38,031 nucleotides of DNA from Pirellulales bacterium. Its GTDB lineage: Bacteria > Planctomycetota > Planctomycetia > Pirellulales > JAICIG01. Both the position numbers and the translations under genes were made by a program. Where the stretch lies: positions 1 through 38,031 of the forward strand of contig JBBDYJ010000008.1 of NCBI GenBank assembly GCA_040901675.1, in the 5' to 3' direction. The number at the start of each line of letters is the position of its first letter. The first letter of the stretch is position 1. A model generated the notes under the pieces. That model did not search any database. It saw nothing but the letters and a program-made list of their open reading frames with translations, and was not told where the DNA came from. Below, piece after piece: positions 10,215-19,334 of the stretch.

Positions 10215-10378
10215 GCGGCCGAGCGATCGCGGCGAAGCGCGAAACACTTTGCTCTGCATATGACACGCCCCAGATGCAGCCGAGACGCGTGAAACGCCGA
10301 ACCTTCCGGGCCGCAACCACATAGACCGCGCGCCACGCCCTTGTAGCGCCGTTCACAACTTTATGACAACGGCACCTC

Positions 10379-11818
10379 TCATGATTCCTCCTTCCTCCTT
10401 CCTCCTTCCTCCTTCCCCCTTCCTCCTTCCTCCTTCCCCCCGCGGTAGCTCATGTCGAGCAGGTCGACCGGATGGGCCACCCAGATCCGCAGTCCCTGCT
10501 GGCGTGCCTCGCGGCCGATCTGCAGCAAGCAGCCGGCGTTCCCGGTTAGCACCGCCTGGGCCCCCGTGCGGGCAATGTTGTCCAGCTTCCGCCGGCTCAG
10601 ACGCCCGGCCATCTCCGGCTCGGTCAGGTTGTACGTGCCCGCCGCACCGCAGCACAACTCGCTCTCGGGCAGGTCCACCAGCTCCAGGCCCGGTATCTGC
10701 GCCAGCAAGCGGCGGGGCGCTTCGCGAATCTTCTGGGCATGGCCCAGGTGGCAGGCATCCTGGTACGTGGCCTTGAGCTCGATGCGGCCTTCAGGCGGAA
10801 CCAACCCAAGCTGGTCCAGAAACTCGCTGACGTCCCGGACTTTGCCCGCCAGCCGGCGCCGGTCGTCCTGCTGCTCGCCGTGCCAGTGGTGGCCGTAATC
10901 CTTGAGCATCGCGCCACAGCCTGCCACATTGACGATCACCGCGTCGATCTTATCCGCCTCCAAGGCCGCCACGTTGGCGTCGGCCAGCTCGCGGGCCGGC
11001 TCGGCCGCTCCGGCGTGGAAGTGGATCGCGCCGCAGCAGACCTGGTTTCGCGGCACGAGCACGTCGCAGCCGTTTTGGGCCAGCACGCGGGCGGTGGCCC
11101 AGTTGGTATGGCGGAACATCACGTCCGATACGCAGCCGGTGAACAAGACGACTCGCGCCCGCCGCCGTCCCACTGCTGGGATGAATTCCGGCAGGGCGGG
11201 CAGTGCCTTGCCCAGCGGCGGCAGCATGTTCACAAGCTGCCGCAGCCGCGCCGGCAGCAAGCGGGTGATTCCCAGCGTCTCGGCCAGGCTCAGCAGGCCC
11301 AGGCGCTGCGCGATTCTGGCGGGCCACAACAGCCGGCGCATCCGCCGGGGGTGCGGAAACACGCCGAACAGAATCCAGCGATGGAACCAGTCGGCCGACT
11401 TCTTTGGCCCGTCGGGGGTCTGCTCCATCGCCACGCGGAACGGTTCGATCAGCTTGCCGTATTGCACGCCCGAGGGGCAGGCGGTCTCGCAGGCCCGGCA
11501 GTCGAGGCACAGCTCCAGGTGGCGGCGCACCTCGTGGTTCAGCTCCAGCCGCCCGTCGGTCACGGCCCGCATCAGGTAGATGCGGCCCCGCGGGCTGTCG
11601 TTCTCGTCGCCCAGCTCGACGTACGTGGGGCAAGCGGCCGTACACAGGCCACAGTGCACGCAATCCAGAAACAAGCGGTAGTCGATGCCCGCCCCCGGAT
11701 TGACCGCCACGTCGACGGCCGCCTGCCGGGGACCAGTCTCGGTCGGGAGATGCTGATCCGCCAGGCCTGCTGCGTCGGACCTGGCGGCCTCGATGTGGTT
11801 GGGGAGAGTCTGGGTCAT
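10379..11818 (-). CDS. glcF: Glycolate oxidase iron-sulfur subunit
   Basis: CVHCGLCTAACP, SPRGRI, CLDCRACETACPSGV, two CCG domains; ATGA overlap with the glcE stop codon. Confidence 0.9.
   Translation of the reverse strand: MTQTLPNHIEAARSDAAGLADQHLPTETGPRQAAVDVAVNPGAGIDYRLFLDCVHCGLCTAACPTYVELGDENDSPRGRIYLMRAVTDGRLELNHEVRRHLELCLDCRACETACPSGVQYGKLIEPFRVAMEQTPDGPKKSADWFHRWILFGVFPHPRRMRRLLWPARIAQRLGLLSLAETLGITRLLPARLRQLVNMLPPLGKALPALPEFIPAVGRRRARVVLFTGCVSDVMFRHTNWATARVLAQNGCDVLVPRNQVCCGAIHFHAGAAEPARELADANVAALEADKIDAVIVNVAGCGAMLKDYGHHWHGEQQDDRRRLAGKVRDVSEFLDQLGLVPPEGRIELKATYQDACHLGHAQKIREAPRRLLAQIPGLELVDLPESELCCGAAGTYNLTEPEMAGRLSRRKLDNIARTGAQAVLTGNAGCLLQIGREARQQGLRIWVAHPVDLLDMSYRGGKEEGGRGKEEGGRRKEES
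10385..10440. repeat. Heptamer tandem repeat (TTCCTCC)x8 inside the glcF 3' end
   Basis: Eight units, two of them TTCCCCC; translated within the tail GGKEEGGRGKEEGGRRKEES. Confidence 0.9.
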
Positions 11819-13092
11819 CAATTCGTACCATACACAAAGCGGCCCGGATTGAGCAGGCCCCGCGGGTCGAATTGACGCTTGACCGCCTCGACGACCGCCG
11901 CTTCGGAAATCGGGCCCCAGACCGCCTGCCGGGTGAGCTCTCCCAGTCCTTGGGCCGACCAGACGACCAGGTTGCCGCCGGCGGCCACCGCGGCGGGCCG
12001 CAGCCGCCCGATCAGCACGCGGGAGACATCGCCGGATGAAAACTCGGCAAAGCGGGCCAGCACGATGCCGTTGCCGGCGTGCGCCTGGATCGAGCAGCCC
12101 GGATCGACGCCGCGAAACAGTCCGATCATCGCCGTCACGGCGCTTGGCATGACGTTGGCCTTGACGACCAGCGGCGAGTCGCCGGGCGCCGCAAAGTCGA
12201 TCAAGCGGCGCCAGGCGCGGCCGGCGGCCTCGTCGCGCAGCGTCTGGAATGCTTCGACACCGGCCGAGTGCCACTCGTGGCTCAGTTGCTCGAGCATCCA
12301 GTCGACTTCGGCCCGCGTGCCTTGGAGCCCCACCAGCAGCCGGGCTGCAGCAGCGCCGTTGACCCGAAGCTCCTCGCTCTCCTGCCAGGCGGGCCCGCAC
12401 ACCAGCTCGATGGCCGTGGGAGTGGTCGAGGACTGGACCAGGGCGGCCAGCAACTGCTCGGCCCGGTCGAGATCGGCAACCTCGCAGGTCAGAAAGGCCG
12501 AAGCCTCGGGCAGCGGCTTCACCTTGAGGGTGACCTGGCTGATGACCGCCAGCGAGCCGAGCGAACCGGTCAGCAGACGGCAGAAGTCGTATCCGGCCAC
12601 GTTCTTCACGACCCGCCCGCCGCCTTTGAACGCCGTGCCGCGGCCATCGACGGCACTGATGCCGATCACGTAGTCGCGCAACGTTCCGCAGCCGTAGCGG
12701 CGAGGACCACTGAAGTTGGTCGCCACCATTCCGCCGATCGTGGCTTCGGCCGGCTGGGCGGCGTCGATCGGCAAGCACTGCCGCTCGGCGGCCAACGTCC
12801 GGGCCAGCGTCTCCATGGTCACCCCGGCTTCGAGGGTGACGGTCATGTCCTGCCAGGGATAATCGACCACGCGGTCCAGGCCGGCCAGCGACAGGCCCAG
12901 GCCAGGCAGCTTGGGCGCCAGGCCGAAATCCAGGCTGGTACTGCCTCCGATCGGATAGATCGGCATCGATTCGTCGTATGCTTTGCGGACCAGCAATGCC
13001 AGCTCCGCCTGGTCAACCGGCGCGGCCTGCTGGGCAATGGGAAGGGGGCCGGCGGCGCTGGTCTTCGAGGGTACTGGGGATGGCGCGGGCAA
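11818..13092 (-). CDS. glcE: FAD-binding oxidoreductase, glycolate oxidase subunit GlcE-like
   Basis: ATIGGMVATNFSGPRR, GGRVVKNVAGYDFCRLLTGSLGSL, KRQFDPRGLLNPGR; TTG start uncertain. Confidence 0.85.
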   Translation of the reverse strand: MPAPSPVPSKTSAAGPLPIAQQAAPVDQAELALLVRKAYDESMPIYPIGGSTSLDFGLAPKLPGLGLSLAGLDRVVDYPWQDMTVTLEAGVTMETLARTLAAERQCLPIDAAQPAEATIGGMVATNFSGPRRYGCGTLRDYVIGISAVDGRGTAFKGGGRVVKNVAGYDFCRLLTGSLGSLAVISQVTLKVKPLPEASAFLTCEVADLDRAEQLLAALVQSSTTPTAIELVCGPAWQESEELRVNGAAAARLLVGLQGTRAEVDWMLEQLSHEWHSAGVEAFQTLRDEAAGRAWRRLIDFAAPGDSPLVVKANVMPSAVTAMIGLFRGVDPGCSIQAHAGNGIVLARFAEFSSGDVSRVLIGRLRPAAVAAGGNLVVWSAQGLGELTRQAVWGPISEAAVVEAVKRQFDPRGLLNPGRFVYGTN

Positions 13093-13122
13093 TGCAGACC
13101 TCGCGATGGCGAAAACAGGGCG

Positions 13123-14016
13123 TCAGCGGCCGGACTTGCGACTCTTCGAAATGTCAGCCTGGCCGGCTCGAGGTTCGCCGTCCGGGCCTGCCGCATGGGC
13201 CGCTTCGGCGGTGACGTGCTCGTGCGCCTTCAGATGGTCGGCGCAATACTCGTAACTGCCGTGGCACTTCGAACAGTAGCGGAAGTCGATCTTGGGATGC
13301 GTCCGCTCGGTGGCGCCGCAGACCGTACAGGTGTGAAACGGTTTGTCTCGGCGGGCGGCCATGCGGGCCTGCCACTCCATCCGCCGCTTGCCGTCGTAAG
13401 CACGGCCCAGCAGGCTGCGGCCGAAGAAAAGGAGAAAGTTGCTGACCGAGGCGAGCACCAGCACCCGAGCCATCCAGTCGCCCACGATGATTGTGAAGGC
13501 GTATCCGATCCAGGTGAGGGCGGCCAGGTACTTGATCTTCACCGGCAGCAAAAAGAACAGCAAGATTGAGAAATTGGGGTAAAGGTAGGCAAACGCCAGG
13601 AACACGGAGACACCGATGTAGCCGTTGTCGGCCGGGGCGTCCGGAACAAGGCAGGCGCCAAGCAGAGTCGCCACGTAGGCGATGGCGATGTAGATGTTGT
13701 AGCGGAAGGTGCCCCAATGGCCTTCCAGCGCGGTACCCATCAGGTAGAACAGGTACCAGGCAAAGAACAAAAAGATCACGTTCAGCGAAAAGCCGGCGGG
13801 ATTCAATAAGTCGCCGGCCGGCGTCGTGAAGGCGAACGTGAGCAGCCGCCACACCTCGCCTTCGGCCACGCGCGACATCACCAGTTGCATTTTCTCAACC
13901 GACTCGGGCTTGGCGATGCCCAGCACGAACCCCATGATCTGGCCGAAGATGATCAGGAGCGTCAGGTTTGAGACTGCGAACCGGCCGAATCTCCGCTCGA
14001 GTTTTTCCAGGATCAT
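13123..14016 (-). CDS. Rhomboid-superfamily (derlin-like) membrane protein with a C-terminal Cys/His zinc finger
   Basis: Several hydrophobic helices, GEVWRLLTF WR motif, no GxSG; tail CTVC-x14-CSKC-x6-CADH-x3-HEH. Confidence 0.7.
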   Translation of the reverse strand: MILEKLERRFGRFAVSNLTLLIIFGQIMGFVLGIAKPESVEKMQLVMSRVAEGEVWRLLTFAFTTPAGDLLNPAGFSLNVIFLFFAWYLFYLMGTALEGHWGTFRYNIYIAIAYVATLLGACLVPDAPADNGYIGVSVFLAFAYLYPNFSILLFFLLPVKIKYLAALTWIGYAFTIIVGDWMARVLVLASVSNFLLFFGRSLLGRAYDGKRRMEWQARMAARRDKPFHTCTVCGATERTHPKIDFRYCSKCHGSYEYCADHLKAHEHVTAEAAHAAGPDGEPRAGQADISKSRKSGR

Positions 14017-14072
14017 GGCGAAGACCCAAGATGAAGTTTTTGGCGGTTATCGTCCGGCTTCGCGCCGCGGGC

Positions 14073-15512
14073 TCACAAGGCCGCCCGGCGGCCGGGGTGC
14101 TTCTTTTCCAGGCCGCAGGCGCCGGCCGTGGGAAGCATTTTTCCCGGACTCAGGAGTCCCCGGGGGTTGAAGGCCTGACGGAGCCGGTCCATGACCTCCA
14201 GGTCGTCGGCGGTGAACATCTTGTGCATGAAGTTGATCTTTTCCACGCCGATGCCGTGCTCGCCGGTCACGCTGCCGCCGCAGGCGATGCACTCGTCGAG
14301 GATTTCGCCGCTGGCGGCCAGCACGCGGTCGATCTCGTCCGGTTGGCGCTCGTCGAACAGCAGGATCGGATGGATGTTGCCGTCGCCGGCATGGAACACG
14401 TTCACGGTCCGCACGCCATGCCTGGCTCCGATCTCCTGGATCCGCCGCAGGATGTGGGGCAGCCGCGTCCGCGGCACCACGCCGTCCTGCGTGCAGTAGC
14501 TGGGGCTCAAGCGGCCCACGGCGCCGAAGGCCTGCTTGCGGCACTTCCACAACAGCAGGCGCTCCTTCGCATCGCGGGCCTGGCGCACTTCACGCGCCGC
14601 GCAGCGGTTGCAGATTTCGATGATCCGGTCGCGCTGCAGGTCCAACCCGGCCTCCAGGCCGTCGACCTCGATCAGCAGGATCGCTTGTGCATCGAGCGGG
14701 AAACCGAAGTGAAAGGCCTGTTCGACGGCCACCAGGATCCCCTGGTCCATCATTTCGAGGGCGGCGGGAATGATCCCCGCGGCGATGATCTCGCTGATGG
14801 CGTTGGTGGCGTCGTCGCACGACTCGAAGATGCCCAGCATGGTCCGCACGCCCTGCGGGTCGCGGGTCAGCCGGACCCAGACCTTCGTGACCACGGCCAG
14901 CGTCCCCTCGCTGCCCACGATCGTGCCGGTGAGATCCAGCCCCGGGTTGTCTTCACTGGGGCCGCCCAACTGCGCCACCGACCCATCGCTGAGGACGGCC
15001 TCGACGCCCAGGACGTGGTTCACCGTGACGCCGTATTTAAGCGTGTGCGGGCCTCCCGAGTTCGTCGCCACGTTGCCGCCGATGGTGCAGGCGCCCTGGC
15101 TCGATGGATCGGGTGCATAATGGTACCCGGTGCCCTTGAGCGCCTGGGTGAGCCAGACGTTGACCACGCCCGGCTGGACAACCGCGTAGCGGTCGCGGAG
15201 GTTGATCTCCAAGATCTGCTTCATCCTGGTCAGGACGATCATGACGCCCCCGCCCACGCTCAGGCAGCCGCCGGCCAGGCTGGTGCCGGCCCCCCTGGGA
15301 AGAAACGGGACACCGTGCTGGTTGCACAGCCTGACGATGGCCTGCACCTGCCCCGTCGTGCGCGGAAAGACCGCCACGTCAGGCGAGTTTTTTTCGATCA
15401 CGAACCCGTCGCACTCGTAGACCAACAGGTCGCTGTGGGCCGTGAGCACCGCGTCGGGGCCTGCCACGGAGCGGAACTCGTCGGCGAGCGTGGCAAGACT
15501 CGAGGCAATCAT
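14073..15512 (-). CDS. glcD: Glycolate oxidase FAD-linked subunit GlcD
   Basis: PRGAGTSLAGG, APDPSSQGACTIGGNVATNSGG, GSEGTL, HAGDGNIHP, TGEHGIGVEK. Confidence 0.9.
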   Translation of the reverse strand: MIASSLATLADEFRSVAGPDAVLTAHSDLLVYECDGFVIEKNSPDVAVFPRTTGQVQAIVRLCNQHGVPFLPRGAGTSLAGGCLSVGGGVMIVLTRMKQILEINLRDRYAVVQPGVVNVWLTQALKGTGYHYAPDPSSQGACTIGGNVATNSGGPHTLKYGVTVNHVLGVEAVLSDGSVAQLGGPSEDNPGLDLTGTIVGSEGTLAVVTKVWVRLTRDPQGVRTMLGIFESCDDATNAISEIIAAGIIPAALEMMDQGILVAVEQAFHFGFPLDAQAILLIEVDGLEAGLDLQRDRIIEICNRCAAREVRQARDAKERLLLWKCRKQAFGAVGRLSPSYCTQDGVVPRTRLPHILRRIQEIGARHGVRTVNVFHAGDGNIHPILLFDERQPDEIDRVLAASGEILDECIACGGSVTGEHGIGVEKINFMHKMFTADDLEVMDRLRQAFNPRGLLSPGKMLPTAGACGLEKKHPGRRAAL

Positions 15513-15734
15513 CAACGACTCTCGGGCGGTTCAACAGGGTTCGGTTAAACAGGGGACTGGCGGCGCTCACGCGCCAGGGGCAAGCTGCACCCGGTGGACA
15601 GCGGGGGTCCAAAGCCCGCGGAAGCAGGCCCCGCATTTGGGGCACTGGCAGCCATGGGCTGGCGGCATGACCTGATTATAATGTTGCGGTCCGCGGCCGC
15701 CAGAAGGGCCGAACGTGCCGAAGCGAGTCGCATC

Positions 15735-16388
15735 ATGCTCCACGACTACCGCTTATTCTTCCGCGAATACCTGCGGCACTTCCACAACACCGGGGCCATC
15801 GCTCCCAGCAGCCGGTGGTTGGCGGCCGCCTTGGCGCGGTACGTCCAGCCCGGCGAGAAGCCCCTTCGGATACTCGAGGTCGGGCCCGGCACGGGGGCCG
15901 TCACGCGCCATATCGTCCCTCGTCTGGGGCCGGCCGACTCGCTCGACCTGGTGGAACTGAACGACCGCTTCGTCGAGCGTCTGCAATGCCGCTTCGCGTC
16001 GGAGCCCGTCTTTGCCGCCGTGGCGGACCGCGCGCGGATCATCCACCGGCCCATCGAGGAACTGCCCGCCGAGGCCAGCTACGACGTGATTATCTCGGGT
16101 TTGCCTTTGAACAACTTCTCGGTGGCCGCCGTCGAGCGGATCCTCAACGTACTGGCCGGCTTATTGGCGCCGGGAGGGACCCTGTCGTTTTTCGAGTACA
16201 TCGCAGTCAGGCCCGCCCGGGCGCTGGTCAGCGGCAAAGCCGATCGGCGGCGGCTGCGGGGCATCGCAGCCGCCCTGGCCGAAACCCTGCGCCGCGGCGA
16301 GTTTCGCCGCGAGTGCGTGTGGACTAACCTGCCGCCCGCCTGGGTGCACCACCTGCGTCTCGACAGCCAGCCGCCGCGGCCAGGGTAA
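15735..16388 (+). CDS. SAM-dependent lipid N-methyltransferase (Sinorhizobium-type PmtA / OlsG-like)
   Basis: TGAIAPSSRWLA, ILEVGPGTGAVT, IISGLP, F.Y, N.PPA.V. Confidence 0.8.
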   Translation: MLHDYRLFFREYLRHFHNTGAIAPSSRWLAAALARYVQPGEKPLRILEVGPGTGAVTRHIVPRLGPADSLDLVELNDRFVERLQCRFASEPVFAAVADRARIIHRPIEELPAEASYDVIISGLPLNNFSVAAVERILNVLAGLLAPGGTLSFFEYIAVRPARALVSGKADRRRLRGIAAALAETLRRGEFRRECVWTNLPPAWVHHLRLDSQPPRPG

Positions 16389-16476
16389 CAACCTCCCCCA
16401 TTAACCGGTGGCAGGACCGAATCGTTCGGTGCCGGCCACAAGATTCGCCCCTCCAGGGGTGTTCTCGAGGCTGTTC

Positions 16477-16505
16477 TTGTCGGCGGACGCTATGGGTCGT
16501 ATACT
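16477..16505 (+). promoter_or_regulatory. Putative sigma-70 promoter for ctpA-tsaD
   Basis: TTGTCG-N17-TATACT, about 60 bp before the ATG. Confidence 0.5.
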
Positions 16506-16566
16506 TGGTAACCTAGGTCTGCATGAGAGTTTGTGTCTCGCAGCGCTGGCATGAGGAGTCTGGTTT

Positions 16567-18246
16567 ATGACTTATCGCTCGGTGTTCGCCTGGTCGCTGG
16601 TTGGGGTGGCGTTGGCCGCCGGGGTTTTGCCGGTGACCGCCTGGGAGCCTCCGGCCAGTCCGCCGGCCGAATCGGGAGAACCACCCGCGCCGGCGGAACC
16701 GGCCGACCGGCCCGAAACCCTCACCCCGGACCCGGCACAAGGTGACAAGGGCGACGAAGATGAAGCCAAGGACAACCAGCTCGAGCAGTCGCGCAAACGG
16801 CTGGAGCAGGACGCCGAGTACTACGAGCTGTTCAAGATCTTTGCCGACACCATGGACCAGGTCGAGCGGAACTACGTCAAGGACGTCAGCCGCCGGGAGC
16901 TGATGGAAGCGGCCATCCGCGGAGTGCTGGAACAGCTCGACCCGTATTCCAACTATATCAGCCCCGATGAGCTGAGCCGTTTCAGGACCAGCGTCGAGAG
17001 CCAGTTCGGTGGGATCGGCATCCAGGTCGACATGCGCGACGGCCGGTTGCTCGTGGTCAGCCCGCTGGTGGGCAGCCCCGCCTATCGAGCCGGCTTGCAG
17101 GCCGGCGACACGATTGTCGAGATCGAAGGCCAATCGACGGAGGGCATCGACCTGGACGAGGCGATCCGCCGGCTCAAGGGTGAGGCCGGCACCAGCGTGA
17201 CGATTACCGTGTTTCATCCCCAGCGCGGCGCCGGCTCGACCGGCAGCCGGAAAACCGTCACCATCCAACGCGAGATTATCCGCGTCGACACGGTGATGGG
17301 CGACCAGCGGAACGAGCAGGACCGCTGGGATTTCGCGCTCGACCGCGCCAAGGGCATCGGATATGTCCGCGTCAGCGCCTTCAGCCGCGAAACACGCCGC
17401 GAGCTCCAGAAGGCATTGGAAGAGCTGCAGTCGCAGAAGCTGCGGGGCTTGATTCTCGACTTGCGGGGCAATCCGGGCGGCCTGTTGACTTCGGCCATCG
17501 AGATTGCCGACCTGTTCCTCGAGGAAGGAGTGATCGTCAGCACGTCGGGCCGCAACAGCGCCAAGCGTTCCTGGGACGCCCGCAAGCCCGGCACATTCAC
17601 GGGTTTCCCCATGGCGGTGCTCGTCAACCGCTACAGCGCCAGCGCCAGCGAGATTGTCTCCGCGGCGCTGCAGGACCATAAGCGGGCGGTCGTGATCGGC
17701 GAGCGCACCTGGGGCAAGGGAAGCGTGCAGAACGTGATCGAGCTGGAGAACGGCAAGAGCGCGCTGAAGCTGACCACGGCCAGCTATCAACGGCCTAACG
17801 GGCACAACATCCACCGCTTCCCCGATGCCAAGGAGACGGACGAGTGGGGCGTCGTGCCGGATCCCGGCTTCGAAGTCAAGCTCGAAGACGAGGAGCTGAT
17901 CGCCTTGCTGCGCTATCGGCGCGACCGCGATGTGCTGCTCATCAACCACTCGGTGCCGGCCGACGAGCGTAACGGCCTCTCCAAGGACGAGGGCGGATCC
18001 CAGTCGGACGAAAGCTCCAAGGCGAAAGAACCCCAGCCAGGGGCCAAGAGCGATGCGGGTGATGGCCGCGAGCAGCCTGGCGGCGCCGAGTCGAACAACG
18101 ACGGCGGCAAGCCTGCCGGCAAACCGGCCGGGGAAGATGCGGCCCAGCGAGAGTCCCCCGAGAACCCGCCGTCCAAGCCATTTGTCGACCGCCAGTTGCA
18201 GAAGGCCATCGACTATTTGACCACCGAGCTGGCCAAGGCGAATTGA
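16567..18246 (+). CDS. ctpA: S41 family carboxyl-terminal processing protease
   Basis: Signal peptide; LDPYSNY, PDZ FGGIGI, LILDLRGNPGGLL, catalytic SASASE and GKGSVQ; acidic low-complexity insert near the C-terminus. Confidence 0.92.
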   Translation: MTYRSVFAWSLVGVALAAGVLPVTAWEPPASPPAESGEPPAPAEPADRPETLTPDPAQGDKGDEDEAKDNQLEQSRKRLEQDAEYYELFKIFADTMDQVERNYVKDVSRRELMEAAIRGVLEQLDPYSNYISPDELSRFRTSVESQFGGIGIQVDMRDGRLLVVSPLVGSPAYRAGLQAGDTIVEIEGQSTEGIDLDEAIRRLKGEAGTSVTITVFHPQRGAGSTGSRKTVTIQREIIRVDTVMGDQRNEQDRWDFALDRAKGIGYVRVSAFSRETRRELQKALEELQSQKLRGLILDLRGNPGGLLTSAIEIADLFLEEGVIVSTSGRNSAKRSWDARKPGTFTGFPMAVLVNRYSASASEIVSAALQDHKRAVVIGERTWGKGSVQNVIELENGKSALKLTTASYQRPNGHNIHRFPDAKETDEWGVVPDPGFEVKLEDEELIALLRYRRDRDVLLINHSVPADERNGLSKDEGGSQSDESSKAKEPQPGAKSDAGDGREQPGGAESNNDGGKPAGKPAGEDAAQRESPENPPSKPFVDRQLQKAIDYLTTELAKAN

Positions 18247-18275
18247 CTGGTCCAACGCGGCGTCGCCGGGCCACC

Positions 18276-19292
18276 ATGAAGATCCTCGCGCTGGAGACCA
18301 CCTGCGACGAAACCGCCGCGGCCGTGATCACCGATCGCCTGGAAGTGCTGGCTTCGACGGTCGCCTCGCAAGACGCCCTGCACGAGCGGTTCCGCGGCGT
18401 CGTCCCGGAGATCGCGTCCAGAGCGCACGTCGAGCGCATCTTGCCGGTCATCGACGAGACGCTCCGCCAGGCGAAGCTGGCGGCGGCTGATCTGGACGCA
18501 GTGGCCGTCGCGAACAGGCCTGGTCTGGCCGGCTCGCTGTTGGTCGGATTGGCGGCTGCCAAGGCCCTGGCGCTGGCCCTCGACGTGCCACTGGTGGCCG
18601 TGCACCATTTGCACGCGCACCTGTATGCCTGCCGCCTGGCTTACGGCGAAGCTGTGTTTCCGGCGGTCGGGCTGGTGGCCAGCGGAGGCCACACCAGCCT
18701 GTTTCACTGCCTGGGGCCGCTCGAGTTTGCGCTGCTGGGCGGCACGATCGACGATGCCGCGGGCGAGGCTTTTGACAAGGTGGCCAGCCTGCTGGGTCTT
18801 GGCTATCCGGGGGGTCCGGCCGTCGAGCGGGCGGCCCGGGGTGGCGATCGTCGGGCGTACCGGTTCCCGCGCTCGTTCACCGATGATGCCAGCCGGCTAG
18901 AGTTCAGCTTCAGCGGCCTGAAGACCGCGGTCCGCCACCAGTTGGCCGCGGCTTCGCCCGGGTTCGATCCGGCGAAAGTCAGCCGGCAGCAGGTGGCCGA
19001 TCTGGCAGCCAGCTTCCAGCAGGCAGTGGTCGACGTGCTGGTAACCAAGTGCACCCAGGCGCTTGAGCAGTTCGGCGGCCACAACCTTTGCGTCGGAGGC
19101 GGCGTGGCGGCCAATGCCTTGTTGCGGAGCGAACTGGAAGCGGCAGCCCGGCAGACCGGCTTTCGCGTGTTTATCGCCCCGCACGAGCTGTGCACGGACA
19201 ACGCGGCGATGGGAGCCATTGCGATCGAGCGGCTCAAGGCCGGCCTGGTCGAGGAACTGGACCTGGACATCCAGCCGGGGCTGATGCGTTAG
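18276..19292 (+). CDS. tsaD: tRNA N6-adenosine threonylcarbamoyltransferase TsaD
   Basis: ETTCDETA, GVVPEIASRAH, HHLHAH, SGGHT, DDAAGEAFDK, SFSGLKTA, GGVAAN, CTDNAAM. Confidence 0.97.
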   Translation: MKILALETTCDETAAAVITDRLEVLASTVASQDALHERFRGVVPEIASRAHVERILPVIDETLRQAKLAAADLDAVAVANRPGLAGSLLVGLAAAKALALALDVPLVAVHHLHAHLYACRLAYGEAVFPAVGLVASGGHTSLFHCLGPLEFALLGGTIDDAAGEAFDKVASLLGLGYPGGPAVERAARGGDRRAYRFPRSFTDDASRLEFSFSGLKTAVRHQLAAASPGFDPAKVSRQQVADLAASFQQAVVDVLVTKCTQALEQFGGHNLCVGGGVAANALLRSELEAAARQTGFRVFIAPHELCTDNAAMGAIAIERLKAGLVEELDLDIQPGLMR

Positions 19293-19334
19293 CAGTGGGG
19301 GCAGTTTTTGCCGGGCCGGGGCGTGCCGGATGTC

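Noticed and set aside
10379..12778. 799-aa ORF as a GlcE-GlcF fusion or frameshift
   Set aside because: The first 320 codons are an Arg-rich shadow frame over glcE. glcF starts at 11818 with a normal ATGA overlap.
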